Below, piece by piece: positions 21,780 to 34,520 of a DNA stretch of 64,000 bases (positions within the stretch are counted from its first letter, which is position 1; every line of letters begins with the position of its first letter). The stretch lies in assembly GCF_964188315.1 (NCBI RefSeq), contig NC_135655.1, positions 48,546,001-48,610,000 on the forward strand, given 5' to 3'. The notes beneath the pieces are model-generated. The model ran no database searches. It saw nothing but the letters and a program-made list of their open reading frames with translations, and was not told the origin of the DNA. This stretch comes from Podarcis muralis (taxonomy: Eukaryota). The translations under genes and the position numbers were made by a program.

Positions 21780-24223
21780 AGAAAAGAATATATAATCCCC
21801 TATCTCCCCTTGGTTGGTGAAGAAATGTCTCCTTATGCCATTGGATATTGTTCCTTACTTTTGCTCTTATGTGTGCTTCTTGAGATTTTAAATGAAGGCT
21901 GAGCTCTATAAATAGCCCTATTATACCTTGATAAGTTGCAGCAATATATTTCAATGTGCATTCTTTTCAAGCTGCAGCACTTTTGTCTATGGCTGTTTAC
22001 ACATCACCAGCTTAAAACTCAGATTCTTTTTCTCAATTCAGATTGAAGCTGGATTGAGGAGAAACGCATCAGAACACAGTATTTCATAAGAAATGACAGG
22101 ATAGATTTGAAGCGTAGCTATCATCATGTGTACACTATTTCTTAAACCAACAATGGGAGGATGTAGAGTTAATGAGACTATGTACACAGCCTATGATAAG
22201 CTACCATATGGTAAAAGGCAGCACATATGTAGTTGTACTTTTTCCTAGCTGTACATCACCTGATCTGAAGCATTTCTGGTGTGGACAGTCATGCAATGAC
22301 AACATGAAGAAAACAATGTGGTGCGAAAAAGGAGCATTCCTAATAAAGCAGTCCCTATTCCACATTGTGTGCATGCCCCCAACATAAGGGTGGATCAGAC
22401 TAAGAAGGCAGGACTTTACATGCACCTTTTGCCTAACAGTTGTATTTAAAGAAGCCAATATACAGAATTTATATGAATTAGCTTCAAGGTGCAGCTCTCA
22501 TCAAGCTTTCCTATGTGAAGGGGATGGTGAATATGGACTATAGCTCTCATCATCCCTGACCATTGGTTGTGCTGACTGGGGCTGAAAGAAACTGGAGTCT
22601 CACAACAGATGGAGGGCAACAGATTCCCCATCCTTGGTCTATGACTTCAGAGAAAACACACAGAATTCTCTGTGGGTGCATTTGGGATCTCGGCAAATGT
22701 TTTGGTATGAAAGGTTGGATGCACAGAAAATAGTAATTTTCAAAACTGAGTGGAGGGTTTCATATTATAGTGTTTAAAAATATATGCTCAGGCTTGAACC
22801 GGCAGCCAAATGCAGCAACTCTGCACATCATCTTTCCCTCTGGTTGTGACTGTTGAGTTTTATTATATAAAGTTGTTTTCCACAAACAACCAAATCCATA
22901 GGCCAAATTTAGGCTTGTCAGCAAGTCTCTTGTGCTTTTGAAATTATTAACATTTAAAGGCATACCACAAGTGTCTCATCACTGTTTATTTTTTTAAAAA
23001 AACAAACTTTTTTGCAATTTTACAGCTACAGAATAAATAAACAAATCAGAAATACAAACAAATCATAGAAAAGATCATACAAAAAAAATATGGAAGATCA
23101 TTAAAACATACCCCAAATATCACTTTTAAATATGGTAATTACCTTCTGTGAAACCTCAGTGTCAAAGCTTCTTAAGTGTTTTATGGGACATTTTTACTTA
23201 AAAAAGAAAAGAAAATACTATATTTGGCATGCAGTTCAAACTGTAGCAGTTACCCATCTTGAGACATCTGGCCTCACATTATCCTCTACAGAAATTAATT
23301 TCCCACATGTAAAACACAACATAAAAAATATTGGACCTGCCATTTCCCCCTTTCCTCTGCCTTCTGGCAGAAGGCACTTCTGCTTGTAAGAGGTGAACTG
23401 TTCTCAGGAACTCAAACTGGCCAGTGGGCTCTATACATGAACTTTCATATGGTCATACACAAATAGGCCTGCTTAAAAATGTATAATATGCTATTAAAAA
23501 ACCAGAACTGAAACTTAAAACCATCTAAAAGCTGACAATGAAATTATATTGATGTAAATCAGTAACACTATGAGAGGAATTCAGTGTTGCGCTGTGACGA
23601 ACCTTCTGTTTGTACAAGTACCAATATTTCATCTTGACAGGCAGAACAGTTTCCCCTGCTCTTCTCCCCCTGCATGCTATTCTGGGTGTTCTCTTGACAC
23701 ACATCCCCTAGGCAACTTCAGGGGGAATGGGAGGAGGAAAGGGGAGAAAGACCCATTGCACAAGTGGGAATCCTTATGCAGGGCTTCTGCTGATGGGGCT
23801 TGTTAGGCGAATCCCATCCTATATCCTTCCGGGCTGTAAAGGTGAATGGAAACGGATGGCAGAGGTCCAATTCAATTTCCAAGCTTGATGTCCCCATTCT
23901 AGGTTTGTTCAATTCTGTGTCATGTGATTTAGCTTTACTCAGATGAATGTACCTGGTTGAATATTCAGAATTCCCAGAATGATTCTAGGAAAATGATGCA
24001 TAAGTATTGTGGACCACATACAGGAACTGACTTATGAAAAAATCTGAATGTACAAGTCTTCAGATAAGGAAAGTGTGGTGAAGGCACGAGTAGATTTGTT
24101 GGATGCAGGCTTTCTGTTTGGCTGAAACAACTCACTCGTGCACCCCAAAAACCAACCATTATATTACCCCCAAAGCAATGATCCAAGTCAATGGTTTTGT
24201 CCACATAAGAAATTTGCAAATGT

Positions 24224-27200
24224 CTATGTTAGCTGTTTGATGGCTTCAATCCAGCTTGCCCTCTCTGCCTTGGAACTGGCCTGTATAAAGTAGTGAATGT
24301 CATTCTTTGTTATGATTTTGAAGAGGTTGCCCTGCACATTCCCTTTCACTCCTGCAACAAAAAGGAAAAGGGAGGGGAATGTTAGCAAGGCGCAGGGACA
24401 ACACAATTGCTGCAATAACAGCAAAATCTCACATGGGAGAGAGTTTGAGAACTCAACACAGTTTTGCTTTTGTTGAGAAGAGAGTGTACCACTGCATTGA
24501 TACGAATACAGGCTTGGATCTGGATCCAACTAACCCGGTGTGCTAACAGAAGCTAGTGCAAGGGCTCCCGCTAACACAGTGGGTTTCTTCCCCCTCTCGT
24601 CTGCCTGAACACTCACACACCTTGCCAAATCTACTTTGGAGGGTTGGGAGAATCCCTAGAACAGTAGAAGGGGAAAGGGTGTACCATTTCATCTGAAAAG
24701 CAGAAATGCTTGCACTGATCAGAAGAGTGATGTGATGTTGAATTCTTCCCTTTATCTTTACATGACCTCCCATCCACACAAGTGGCATGAAAGGCCAAAA
24801 AGGCAACACTTATTTTCTCCATGCTATACTGTCCTTAATCTGGCGATATGGCTGCTTGAGCCAGCTATTTATAATCAAGAGAGCTACAGCCAGTCCTATT
24901 GTCACAGTTTTTCAAGGTGCCCTAATTGGAGCTCAGACTGGAGAAGGGGCAAACAGGGCCTGCCCCCCTGGCCTTTATGACAATTTTCTAAACTACTGTT
25001 TTTGGAAACCTACAAGGGAGGTGTGATTTGGCTAAAATAGTAGGGTGTGGAATTCATGGATTTCATTATGCCCACCACCATTACCATTTAATCTCCCATA
25101 GCTGGGAGCCCAGGCCCTAAGATCTGAAATGGCTTCAGCTTTCCCAGTGTAAGCAGCTGATTCACACTAAACTTTATTCATAAATAAGAAAGGAACATGT
25201 GAAGAGCCCCACAACCGAAGGAACTGCTATGTTCATACTTGCCTGTTGGGACTCCATTATCTTCCAATGCTGAGACAAGGCAACCACGGAGAGAGAATCC
25301 CCCAACTGGTCGGTTATCTTCCTATGGTGGGTGGAAAGAGTCCAAAGGGAGAAGTAAGGAATATGAATTATATGTTCTATGCAACACATTTTACTTTGGC
25401 AAGACATGCAGTAGCTGGCCACATCAGCATAACATGAATCTTGTCCCAGCCTGTTCCTCTTTGGGATAGGCCTTTGGAGGTTCTAGGTGTTAATTATGTA
25501 AAGAGGTAGTATCTTAATTTTAAAAAATTATACATGTCTTCCCCAAAGTGTTTTAATAACAGATGAATTCTAAAGACAAGGGGGCAATTATAGGAACCTA
25601 GGAAGCTGTCTTATACTGCATCAGACAGTTTGTCCATCTATTATTTATTATTATTAGTTGATTCCATTTATGAATTGCCTTAATAAAAACATTATCTAGG
25701 CAACATACACAGCAAGATCAAAAAACCAACACATATTATATAATTCAATGAAATCATAAATAAATGGATAAAATCAACCCAGCAGTGTCATAAATCCAAT
25801 CTAGATCAAAAACAGGCTGTGAATTATATCTTTGAAGCAGATTTCCCCCCTCAAATAAATTCTGGGCACCATAGTTTCTTAAGGGTTGCTGGAAATTATA
25901 AATCTGTGAGGAGTAAACTACGGTGCCCAAAATTCTTTGAAGGAAATAATGTGCTCTGAATGAGCTTTAAATATATGGTGTGCGCACAGCCACAGACCAA
26001 ACTCCAGCAACCAACCTAATTAGCATAAGAACAAAACACCACACCATGTGCGCCATCTTGCCCCTACAATTGAGGGAACTGGGGCACGACATGCACACAC
26101 ACCCCAGGATGCCACATTTGTTGAGCACAAGAGGTTTAGTTTCAGCCTCACATGATTCTAACTTAAGCACACAAAAATTCAAATCTATTTTACCAAAAAG
26201 TTACACACAAGACATGAGATAGTTTTTGTATTGGGAGTCCATCATCTCACCTTTGTGGGGTCATAATAGTGTAGGAAAGCAGGGTCAGCCCTCAGGACAA
26301 AGCGCCTCACCTTCCAGTTTTTCCTCTTGTGTCCCTAAAAGTTGAAAAGATTAATAGATCCATTTCACCTTCCATTTCTCAGTTTGTCCTTCTGAAATGG
26401 CCTGTAGATCTGCATACACTGAGACATTTCTCGTTATCTGTTTTACCACATTTTATCTTCACAATAGCCCTGTGAAACAGGTTTAGCCGAGAGGAATAAT
26501 TGTCATAGCCAAGTAAGTTAGACAAAGAAACATTGTCAGAGGCAGAATTGAAGTCATTGTGCATTTTGCTAAGTCACTAAATCAACTTACTTTCCTAGCT
26601 CAAACAATTAAAGGCAGAAGTGTCTGAATAGTAACTGTAGGCTAGATTCGACTGCTTGTCTTTGAGAACCAAATTTGCTTCAGAATCAGAATATAATAAT
26701 GTACACAGTGGGACCGCTGTTTCATAGAAGAGACCATCTGGTTTTAGTGCAAATTATTTTGGAATTCTGCTGAGAATGACAATTCAAAAGGATCACTTGG
26801 CGCACAAATCCTTGTGGGGGATTCTGACCTCACTATTCACCAAGGCACTTCACAATGGTCTCTTAATTCCATTTTAACTTTCAGTGCACTGAAGTGTGTG
26901 GGGGAACAACCTGATTTACAAAACTATTTGAAATCAGTATAGATAGTTCTGTGTCCGGGGGGGGGGGGGGATCAAAGGCTTTCCTGGTCAGAAAATTGTT
27001 TTTGCCTATTATGATTTGAAAAGCATTTCTTATGTCACACAGAAAGCTAAACCATACATTCAGAAATATCACAAGGTCCAGTGCTTTTTGCGTTGTACCA
27101 CATCAGGTGAAAGATTGTGTTAATCAATTATTCTCCACCTCAAACATTATTTGCTAAAGGAAAGCTAGCATATCTGCAAGAAGGATTCCAGTTAGTGTAC

Positions 27201-30200
27201 TAAAGGTATATATATATTTCCTACTGAAGTATTAGGCATAGAACACCACATTTTTTTCTCTATACATTTGGTCCTATGTGCACTCTTTTGCAACACTGTT
27301 CATGTGATTGTGATCTTAGGGTTGTATTCAACAGTATGTCAGCAGACTTCACTTCTCCTCTCTCTCCTCTCCTCATGTGCCCCCCTCAGATCTGCTCCAG
27401 ATCTTCCCCCAATGCACTGGAGCAGTTTTCGAGCATGGGCATGAGCAGAAGAGGAGAGAGAAGTCCGTTGGACAAGTGGAAGTTTATTGTACAAGTAGAT
27501 ACAACCCATATTGTTTAATTTTATTACCCAACTTTCTTCTTTAAAAAGAGCTTAAGAAGACACTAAATACAGCATTGCCCAGTCTCCCATTCTCCACTTG
27601 CCAACATGATTCAGAAGTCATGGTCACCTGTTTTATTAAAAATCCTTGTTTTAAAATGGTGCCACTCAGTTCAATAATGTTAAGATGAATATTTTCTTTG
27701 GAGGTGGTTCTCTTCTTATAGTTTTCCGCCTGCAATAAAAATTAAAGATATTGGGGAAATTGGGGGTAGCGGTAGCAAAACAAGTACAAAATACACAAGT
27801 GTTCCTTTCCTCCTTTAACATGGAACTTTCATTCCTCAGTCACAGAAACTTCCATCTTCAAAGCAGTTTTTTTGCCAGACACGATAAACAGGAGGGATGG
27901 TCTCAGCACCCAGTATCCTCAGGCAGTTGCCAGGACCCCAGTGCTCTTAAAGGGCCCACCACTACTGATGTCACCCCTAGGCAGGTGGCTCACAACCACC
28001 CATTGCAGGTCTCAGCACTGCTGCCACCACTCCCAGCAAATAATGCTGCTGGAGAGGCCCAGAGGGCCTTTTGCTGCCCCCTCACTAATAAACAGATACA
28101 GAAGTGCATAAATTAAGTTTCATTATGGCAGGTACAATGAGCTGTACCCATATTGCATCCAGATAAACACCAGACTGTTCCTGTTGCACATCCACACCCA
28201 ACCCAAAGTCCAACTGCTGCATTAGTCAGATATAACTTGGAAAGCATTAGAAAGATTTTGCCCAAGTTATCTTTTGGCCTGATTTGCATTTGCCTGATTT
28301 GCATTTGCTGCAGATCTTTCCTATCAGTCTCCCCAATGCATATGCACACTGTGCCCCCCATTTTTTAGTGTCCTGATATGCAGAAAGGAGACTTCCAGAA
28401 ATCTCATCACTTACAAATGTGTACAGAGCTGTAGAGTCATCCAAAAACTGCTCCGTCAAATCACCATTCCTCATGGCTTCAACACTGCGGGCTCCCATAG
28501 GCTTAATGAAATTTTCATCCACCAGCACAGAGGCCAGGGTGACAGCCTCTAGACGGGAGGCTGCAAATCTATTGGAAATCAGCCAGTCAACCAGCACAGA
28601 GCCTGAAATAATAAAGGCAGCTGTTAAGGTGAGCAAAAACAGCATGCAGCCAGTCAATTCCCAAGGAAGGTAGAGGTTTTCAGTACTCATCCTCTAATAG
28701 AGAAATGAGTCTTAAATTGTAATCTAACCTGACTGAAGAGCAGACATTTGCATGCACATTTTCATAAACTTGGCAGGTTGCACTGTCTTTCTGGATAACC
28801 TTATTCTCATTCTAGGCCAGCCCAAGACATTTTGCAGGCAAAGGGGACCCTTTCAATTCTACAATTCTGTGAAGCACACACACACACAATTCATAAATGA
28901 TACCTAAAATTAGAGGTGTTTGGGCTCCAGACTGTATTTTTCCCTTACATTTTAATCGTGCCTTTCCTTTAAGGAGCATAGTACAGTGTAGACGGGTCTC
29001 CCTCTTTCATTTCATCCTCATCACAGCCCAGGGAGGTAGATTAGGCTGAGACGCCATGATTGGCTCAAAGTCACCCAGTGAACTTCACGGCCAAGTAGGG
29101 AATTGAACCCAAATCCCCTGGTCCTAAAGCAATCAGGAGTAGCCAATGTAGTGCCCTCCAACTGCAGTTGGACCAACTGCAATCACCTCTAGACATTTGT
29201 TTAGCTGGCTGGGGCTGATGGAAGTTGTAGTTCAACACCATATGAAGGGCACCATGTTAGCTACCCACCCCACACTTCAAATACTAGGTTTGGAAGCCAC
29301 TCACACTAATGTTTAAGTATCTCCATCTAATCACCAGCATGTGAGGTCCGGCTGTAGCTATTAGTGGGAGAGAAATCACTGAAGATGTGCTCTTATTGTT
29401 CATGTCCCAGGGCTGTGCCCTAATAATGAAAACAAGGTTCTGAAGCTGCACCATGGTGGGCCCTGGGAGAAAACAACATTCCTTTGCATCAGATTATATT
29501 GAAGTACTAGGAGGCTAGTAACATGAGGTTTGCCTACCTGTAAAACTTTCTTTATATGTGCTGCCTTGTTCTGTGTTGGGTGTGAGCTTAATTCCACTGC
29601 TGCTGTCATGCATTTTGTCCACAATGTGACTGGAAAAAACCCAGCAAAAAGGTTAATGTTTAAGAAAACAGAGAATCCGGTTTTGTGAGGGGACTCAAAT
29701 CCCTCGGTCTCAATTCATACAGCCAATAAAGAGCACAGTTTCGATCGAAAGTACCTCAGGCATGAATGGAAGGCAATTCCAGTTACACACAGGAGAGTAC
29801 CATTGATTTCTGCCCCTTCAGTCCTCTATCCTTGATTCAATCAAGTAGTGGCGTAGTGGTGGGGGGCATGGGGCAATTGCCCTGGATGCACAATCGGGGG
29901 TGGCAGGCGAACCAGGCTGGGGAATGCGGGTGATGATATTCACCCTCCACATGTCCCTCCCCCACCTGACATGTGAGTGCCTGCCTGGTGGCAGTGGCAA
30001 GGGCCAGATGAGCGCACTGTACACCCGCCCTGGGTCCTGGCAAACAGCGCTATGCCCTTGCTTGAATGCATCTCATTCTATGTTGCTGTCAAGTAAGCTC
30101 AGTTTTGGGACTTAATTATATTCCAGTGGGGTCCCTCTTTAGATGGTAAGGCGTATTACTTCATTTTAAAATGCGGTAAGCCAGCTTTGCTGCGTTTGGG

Positions 30201-33200
30201 CGTCCTCCTGGTCATTCTATGAAGTGGGGCTCTGAGCTTCTGCCCCAAAGTCCTGCCCTGATGGCACCACTGTCCAGAGAGTCCCCTGAGCCTCAGGTCT
30301 GTAAAAACATAAGAGCAGCCCTGCAGAATCACACAAAAGGTCAACCTAGTCCAGCATTTATTCTCCTGCAGTAGCCAAGCAGATGACCATGGGGAGTCCA
30401 CAAACTTCTCATCCTTAATAAACCATGAGTGGTTAGCCCAAACAAACCTTGGGTACAACTTATGGTTTGTCTGAATTGAGACAAACCACAATCTTGGATC
30501 CAGACATAATGTTAAACTAAACCATGGCTTAGCTTCAGGTAGCACAGCAGCAGAACTGGGGGAGAAGTGAAGCAGCCATGACATTTGCTATGAGCATGTT
30601 CACATTTAGCCACAGTCTGGCTTAGTGTTATATACAAACTGGGCTACACACACCCCACAAATTGCAGGAAAGCAGATGGAGGAATTATTTAACACTTACT
30701 TCAGGCTGATATTTGAGGGCAGTTTGAAGGAATTTTTCATGCGGTGAAGTTGCTGGACTTGCACTGGGTTGCCAGCATGAATAGCACCAGTTATATCCAA
30801 CGCCCAGGCATCACGCTCTTCTCGAGAGCAGAAATCGAGGAAATACTCTGTGTTTGTTTTTGTCTTCAGTTTAATAACCAACTACAAATAAACCCACAAG
30901 AAACAACAATACATTATTTGCTAGAAATTATTAGTGCATCTCTCATAAATTCTGAAATTGAGAGACCTTGAACAGCTTAACTTTCTGGTCATAAACAGAT
31001 GTGATCAAACATTTTCACAGGTAAAACTACATGATAAATCTACCTGTGTTTTATTTATCACATCTATCTATATCAAGTGTTTCAAGGTTTCAAGTGTGCT
31101 GCTTTGAAGTGTGAGTACTGTAATATGTTCAATTTTTAAAAATACAGTATGATAAAGTTGTATATCTATCACTTGCCTTCCCTAGCTAAACTAGAGAAAA
31201 TGTGTAAGATTTGTGATAGGATCTCACAACATTTTTCCAGAGCTTAGAAGTAGCCAGTTTCAACACTGCTCTTCACCCCTAGCTAAAGGGAGAATGTCCT
31301 AGCTAATATGACCCACACATACATGGTACCAGCACTGCCCCTTCTAATATGTTCCATTTTCTAGAGCCAAAACAGCAACAGTAATTTATACCAAATGGGA
31401 AGAGAATTGGACATACCGGCCTGTTATACTCCAAACATGGACAAGTCATTGTGCAGCCATCCAAAATAATCCTGCCCTTTGGAGAAGACTCTTTCTTTCC
31501 TCCCACAACTTTATAATAGAGCAGTCTGTCCTGGAGAAGAACAAACCATCTTGCTTTCCAGTTGTGGACAACATGTCCCTGCAAACAAAAAGTGTCAATC
31601 TTAGGTGCATCTTATAAACAACATTTATTACCTGCTTTTGTGTTGCATACTCATGAACTTCTTACTCACTGCACTCAGTTGATAATTTATATAGCCTCTA
31701 ATGTGCTCTCATCTGGTAGGACTTTAAACCGAGTTCTTACCTTCTTTCCACAAATCCAAGGTTTCCCCAGATGTATTTTAGTGATTCCACAAGTGAGCTT
31801 TTTGCAACGATAGCACATTTCCCCAGGCAGTCATTATAGGTATATGATCACAATAACCTGGTGCCAGTACTGAGTAGCCTAGTATCCCCGGGGAAAAGCA
31901 CTAACTACTATTATACAATGGGAAAGATGCTGATTCGCCACAACTAATGAAATAGATTTGTCTCACTCAGATCCAAATTCAGTTTTACAGTCACTAGGCA
32001 TGAGTGGTTCTCAAAAGGTCCTACCCTACCATGCAGCAAGGTAGGGCAGTAGATTTTTATTTATTTTTTGCAATAGATTTTTTTTGGGGGGGGGGGGGCG
32101 GAATCCAATACTTTTTGAAGTGGTGGGCCCTAGCATGGGGGAGGCATCATTTGGTACTCTGCCTCAGGCAGCGACATGTTTTTGGTGTTGCTCAACTTTG
32201 ACTTTTACAACAGAGAGGATTCAAACCATACATAGCATGGGGTGGGGTTCTAGCTTTAAAAACCCAGATTTCAGACAATGCTCTCAAGTCCCATACAGCA
32301 GTTCTCATCTGTTTTTAGTTTACCCAACATATTGCTATCTCAAAAACATGACAGGACATTTCAGGTGTTGGGAAGCACAATGGACAGAGATGTCCCGCTT
32401 GCAGGTTTCCCATAGACATCTGTCAGGCCACTGTGAAAGCGAGATGTTGGACTAGCTGGGCCTTTGGCCTGATCCAGCAGTTCTTTGCTTTTGTTCTTCA
32501 CTCTACCCCCAAGCAGACGGCTCTGTCAGCCAACTGCAGTACTACCTAGTCTCTGTTCTGTTTTCCCTGTTTTCCCCTAGTGGGGCTAATGGAATCCTCT
32601 GGGAGCAACTTAGATCAGGGAAAGAGCATGGTGGGGAGGAGAAAGAATAAATGCCCAATCAAACTAGGAACTTTGTGGCATCTCTGAAGTAGAGAAAAGA
32701 AATTCATTCATTAATCTCCTGCATCATGTGCAATTTGGCCCTTAGACATGAGCATAGAAAAAGCACATTGGACTGGATAAATTGTTAGAAATTAGGGCCC
32801 TTCTGAAGATCCGATAATGACAGATTAAGAGAGGTGGTATATTTCAGATATTGCAAAAGGATAATTTGAATAACTCAGGCTACATTTTGAACCTGGAGCC
32901 CTCCTAACATAAATTGAGTGTGCACAATAAAAGGCAAAAGATCAAGATTGAGCAGACAGGTAGAGCAAGAAGAACTAGATTGTTGCTCTGACCTGTTGCA
33001 CCCTAGGTCAGAAGGGCAGGATATAGGGAGAGCTGCTTGAAAAGCAAGACAAGAATAAAAGATGACAGCAGCGGTGGATCTTGAGGAGATCTGCATGCAT
33101 GCAAGACAGGACCTGACAGTGAATAAGGTGCTGCAGGTCAGAGCAAGAGAGGAATGTTAGCAGAATGTTAGCACAGCACTCTAGAGCAGTACAGTATCTA

Positions 33201-33670
33201 AACTTTATACATCCTTTGCCCAGCTATGGGAGACATTCATGTTGGAAAAGTAATAATCTGGCAAGATGTATTTACTTCTGACATTTATAGCTCACTCTCT
33301 TTCCCAAACGAGGGCAAACACATTTTTAAAGAGGAGGTTGAGAGTCTGAAACCACCTAGAGATAAAACTGTGGCTGCACATTACAACCGTGGCCGTGTGT
33401 GGTCTCCCATTCATTTACTCTGCCTCCGGGACTCTCACACCACTGATTTGGAAAGTGGTGTACACATGCCATTAGCCACAATCCATATCTATCTTGTCGT
33501 TCCTTATGAAACATTGCTTATTGATGCTTTCCCCCCCAAACCAGCAAGAGAAGCTGAGAAAAAGAACAAACTAGTTGTGTTTTAAGCTGGTAATGTACAC
33601 ATCGCCTGTGACTGCAGCTTACCTTTTTGACAAGAAAGCCTTCCTTCAGAATTCCACTCCCTTCCTCCAT
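24224..33670 (-). CDS. PLEK2: Pleckstrin-2 (PH-DEP-PH), 9 coding exons, 354 aa
   Basis: Exons on minus: 33670-33623, 31578-31417, 30881-30700, 29629-29538, 28602-28415, 27729-27628, 26334-26251, 25321-25243 (GC donor), 24351-24224; total 1065 nt with continuous frame. Peptides include GHVVHNWKARWFVL, VDWLISN, QFLDDSTALYTF, GHKRKNWKVRRFVLR, ASSKAERASWIEAIKQLT*. Confidence 0.97.
29000..29130 (-). mobile_element. MIR/L2-related SINE or LINE tail fragment
   Basis: CATCCTCATCACAGCCCAGGGAGGTAGATTAGGCTGAGA...GTCACCCAGTGAACTTCA...GAATTGAACCC motif; similar decayed fragments near 18100-18220 and 26420-26570. Confidence 0.5.
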
Positions 33671-34137
33671 GCTGATCCAGTAGGAGGTGAATGTGCCTTC
33701 CAAGACGTCTGCGGGCAACTGCAAGCCGATCCCTCTGCATGAGGAGTTTTAAAACAGTGACTGTTTTCTTAACCACCTCCTCCTCTGCTGTGACGTCTAC
33801 TCCCCTCCCTACCCAGGAGACAATAGGCAAATAGTGAGCTGGCACTGGGAGATCACCTGTCCTTAAGGGAATACAAAACAGGGAAAGTTTAACAAGGTAA
33901 TTGTACCATAGCAGTACTTCCCCTAGAACTGTGAATGGTTCAAGCTCATTGAATGACTCAGAAGACATTAGTCAGCCATCCGGATTATACAACACAGGAA
34001 GGAGACAGACCTTCTGTAGATAGAAGCCAAGGACTGAAGGTTCCCATGTTTGGTTCACTGGGCATTTCCATTTTTAATATATTGTTTATTGTTATCTCCA
34101 TGTACTACAACATACTAGGGACAAACACTGTGGCTAC

Positions 34138-34472
34138 CACAGGACTTGGACTCGGTCCAGTATACCTGAACGAACGTCTCCACCCACATTGTTCAGCCAC
34201 ATTGTTCACTGAGGTCCAGCTCCGAGGGACTTCTGGCAGTTCCCTCACTGTGAGAAGGTTACAGGGAACCAGGCAGAGGGACTTCTCAGTAGTGGCACCC
34301 AACCTGTGGAATGCTCTCCCATCAGATGTCAAGGAAATAAACAACTATCTGATTTTTAGAAGACATCTGAAGGCAGCCCTATTTAGGGAAGTTTTTAATG
34401 TTTGATGTTTTATTGTGCTTTTAATATCCTGTCAGGAGCCACCCGGAATGCCTGGGGAAACCCAGCCGGATA

Positions 34473-34518
<46 letters not shown>
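34138..34518 (+). mobile_element. L2-clade LINE 3' fragment ending in (TTA)n
   Basis: Translates LGPVYLNERL...FSVVAPNLWNALP...FRRHLKAALF, typical of the L2 ORF2 C-terminus, followed by a 3' UTR and (TTA)n at 34477-34518. Confidence 0.8.
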
Positions 34519-34520
<2 letters not shown>

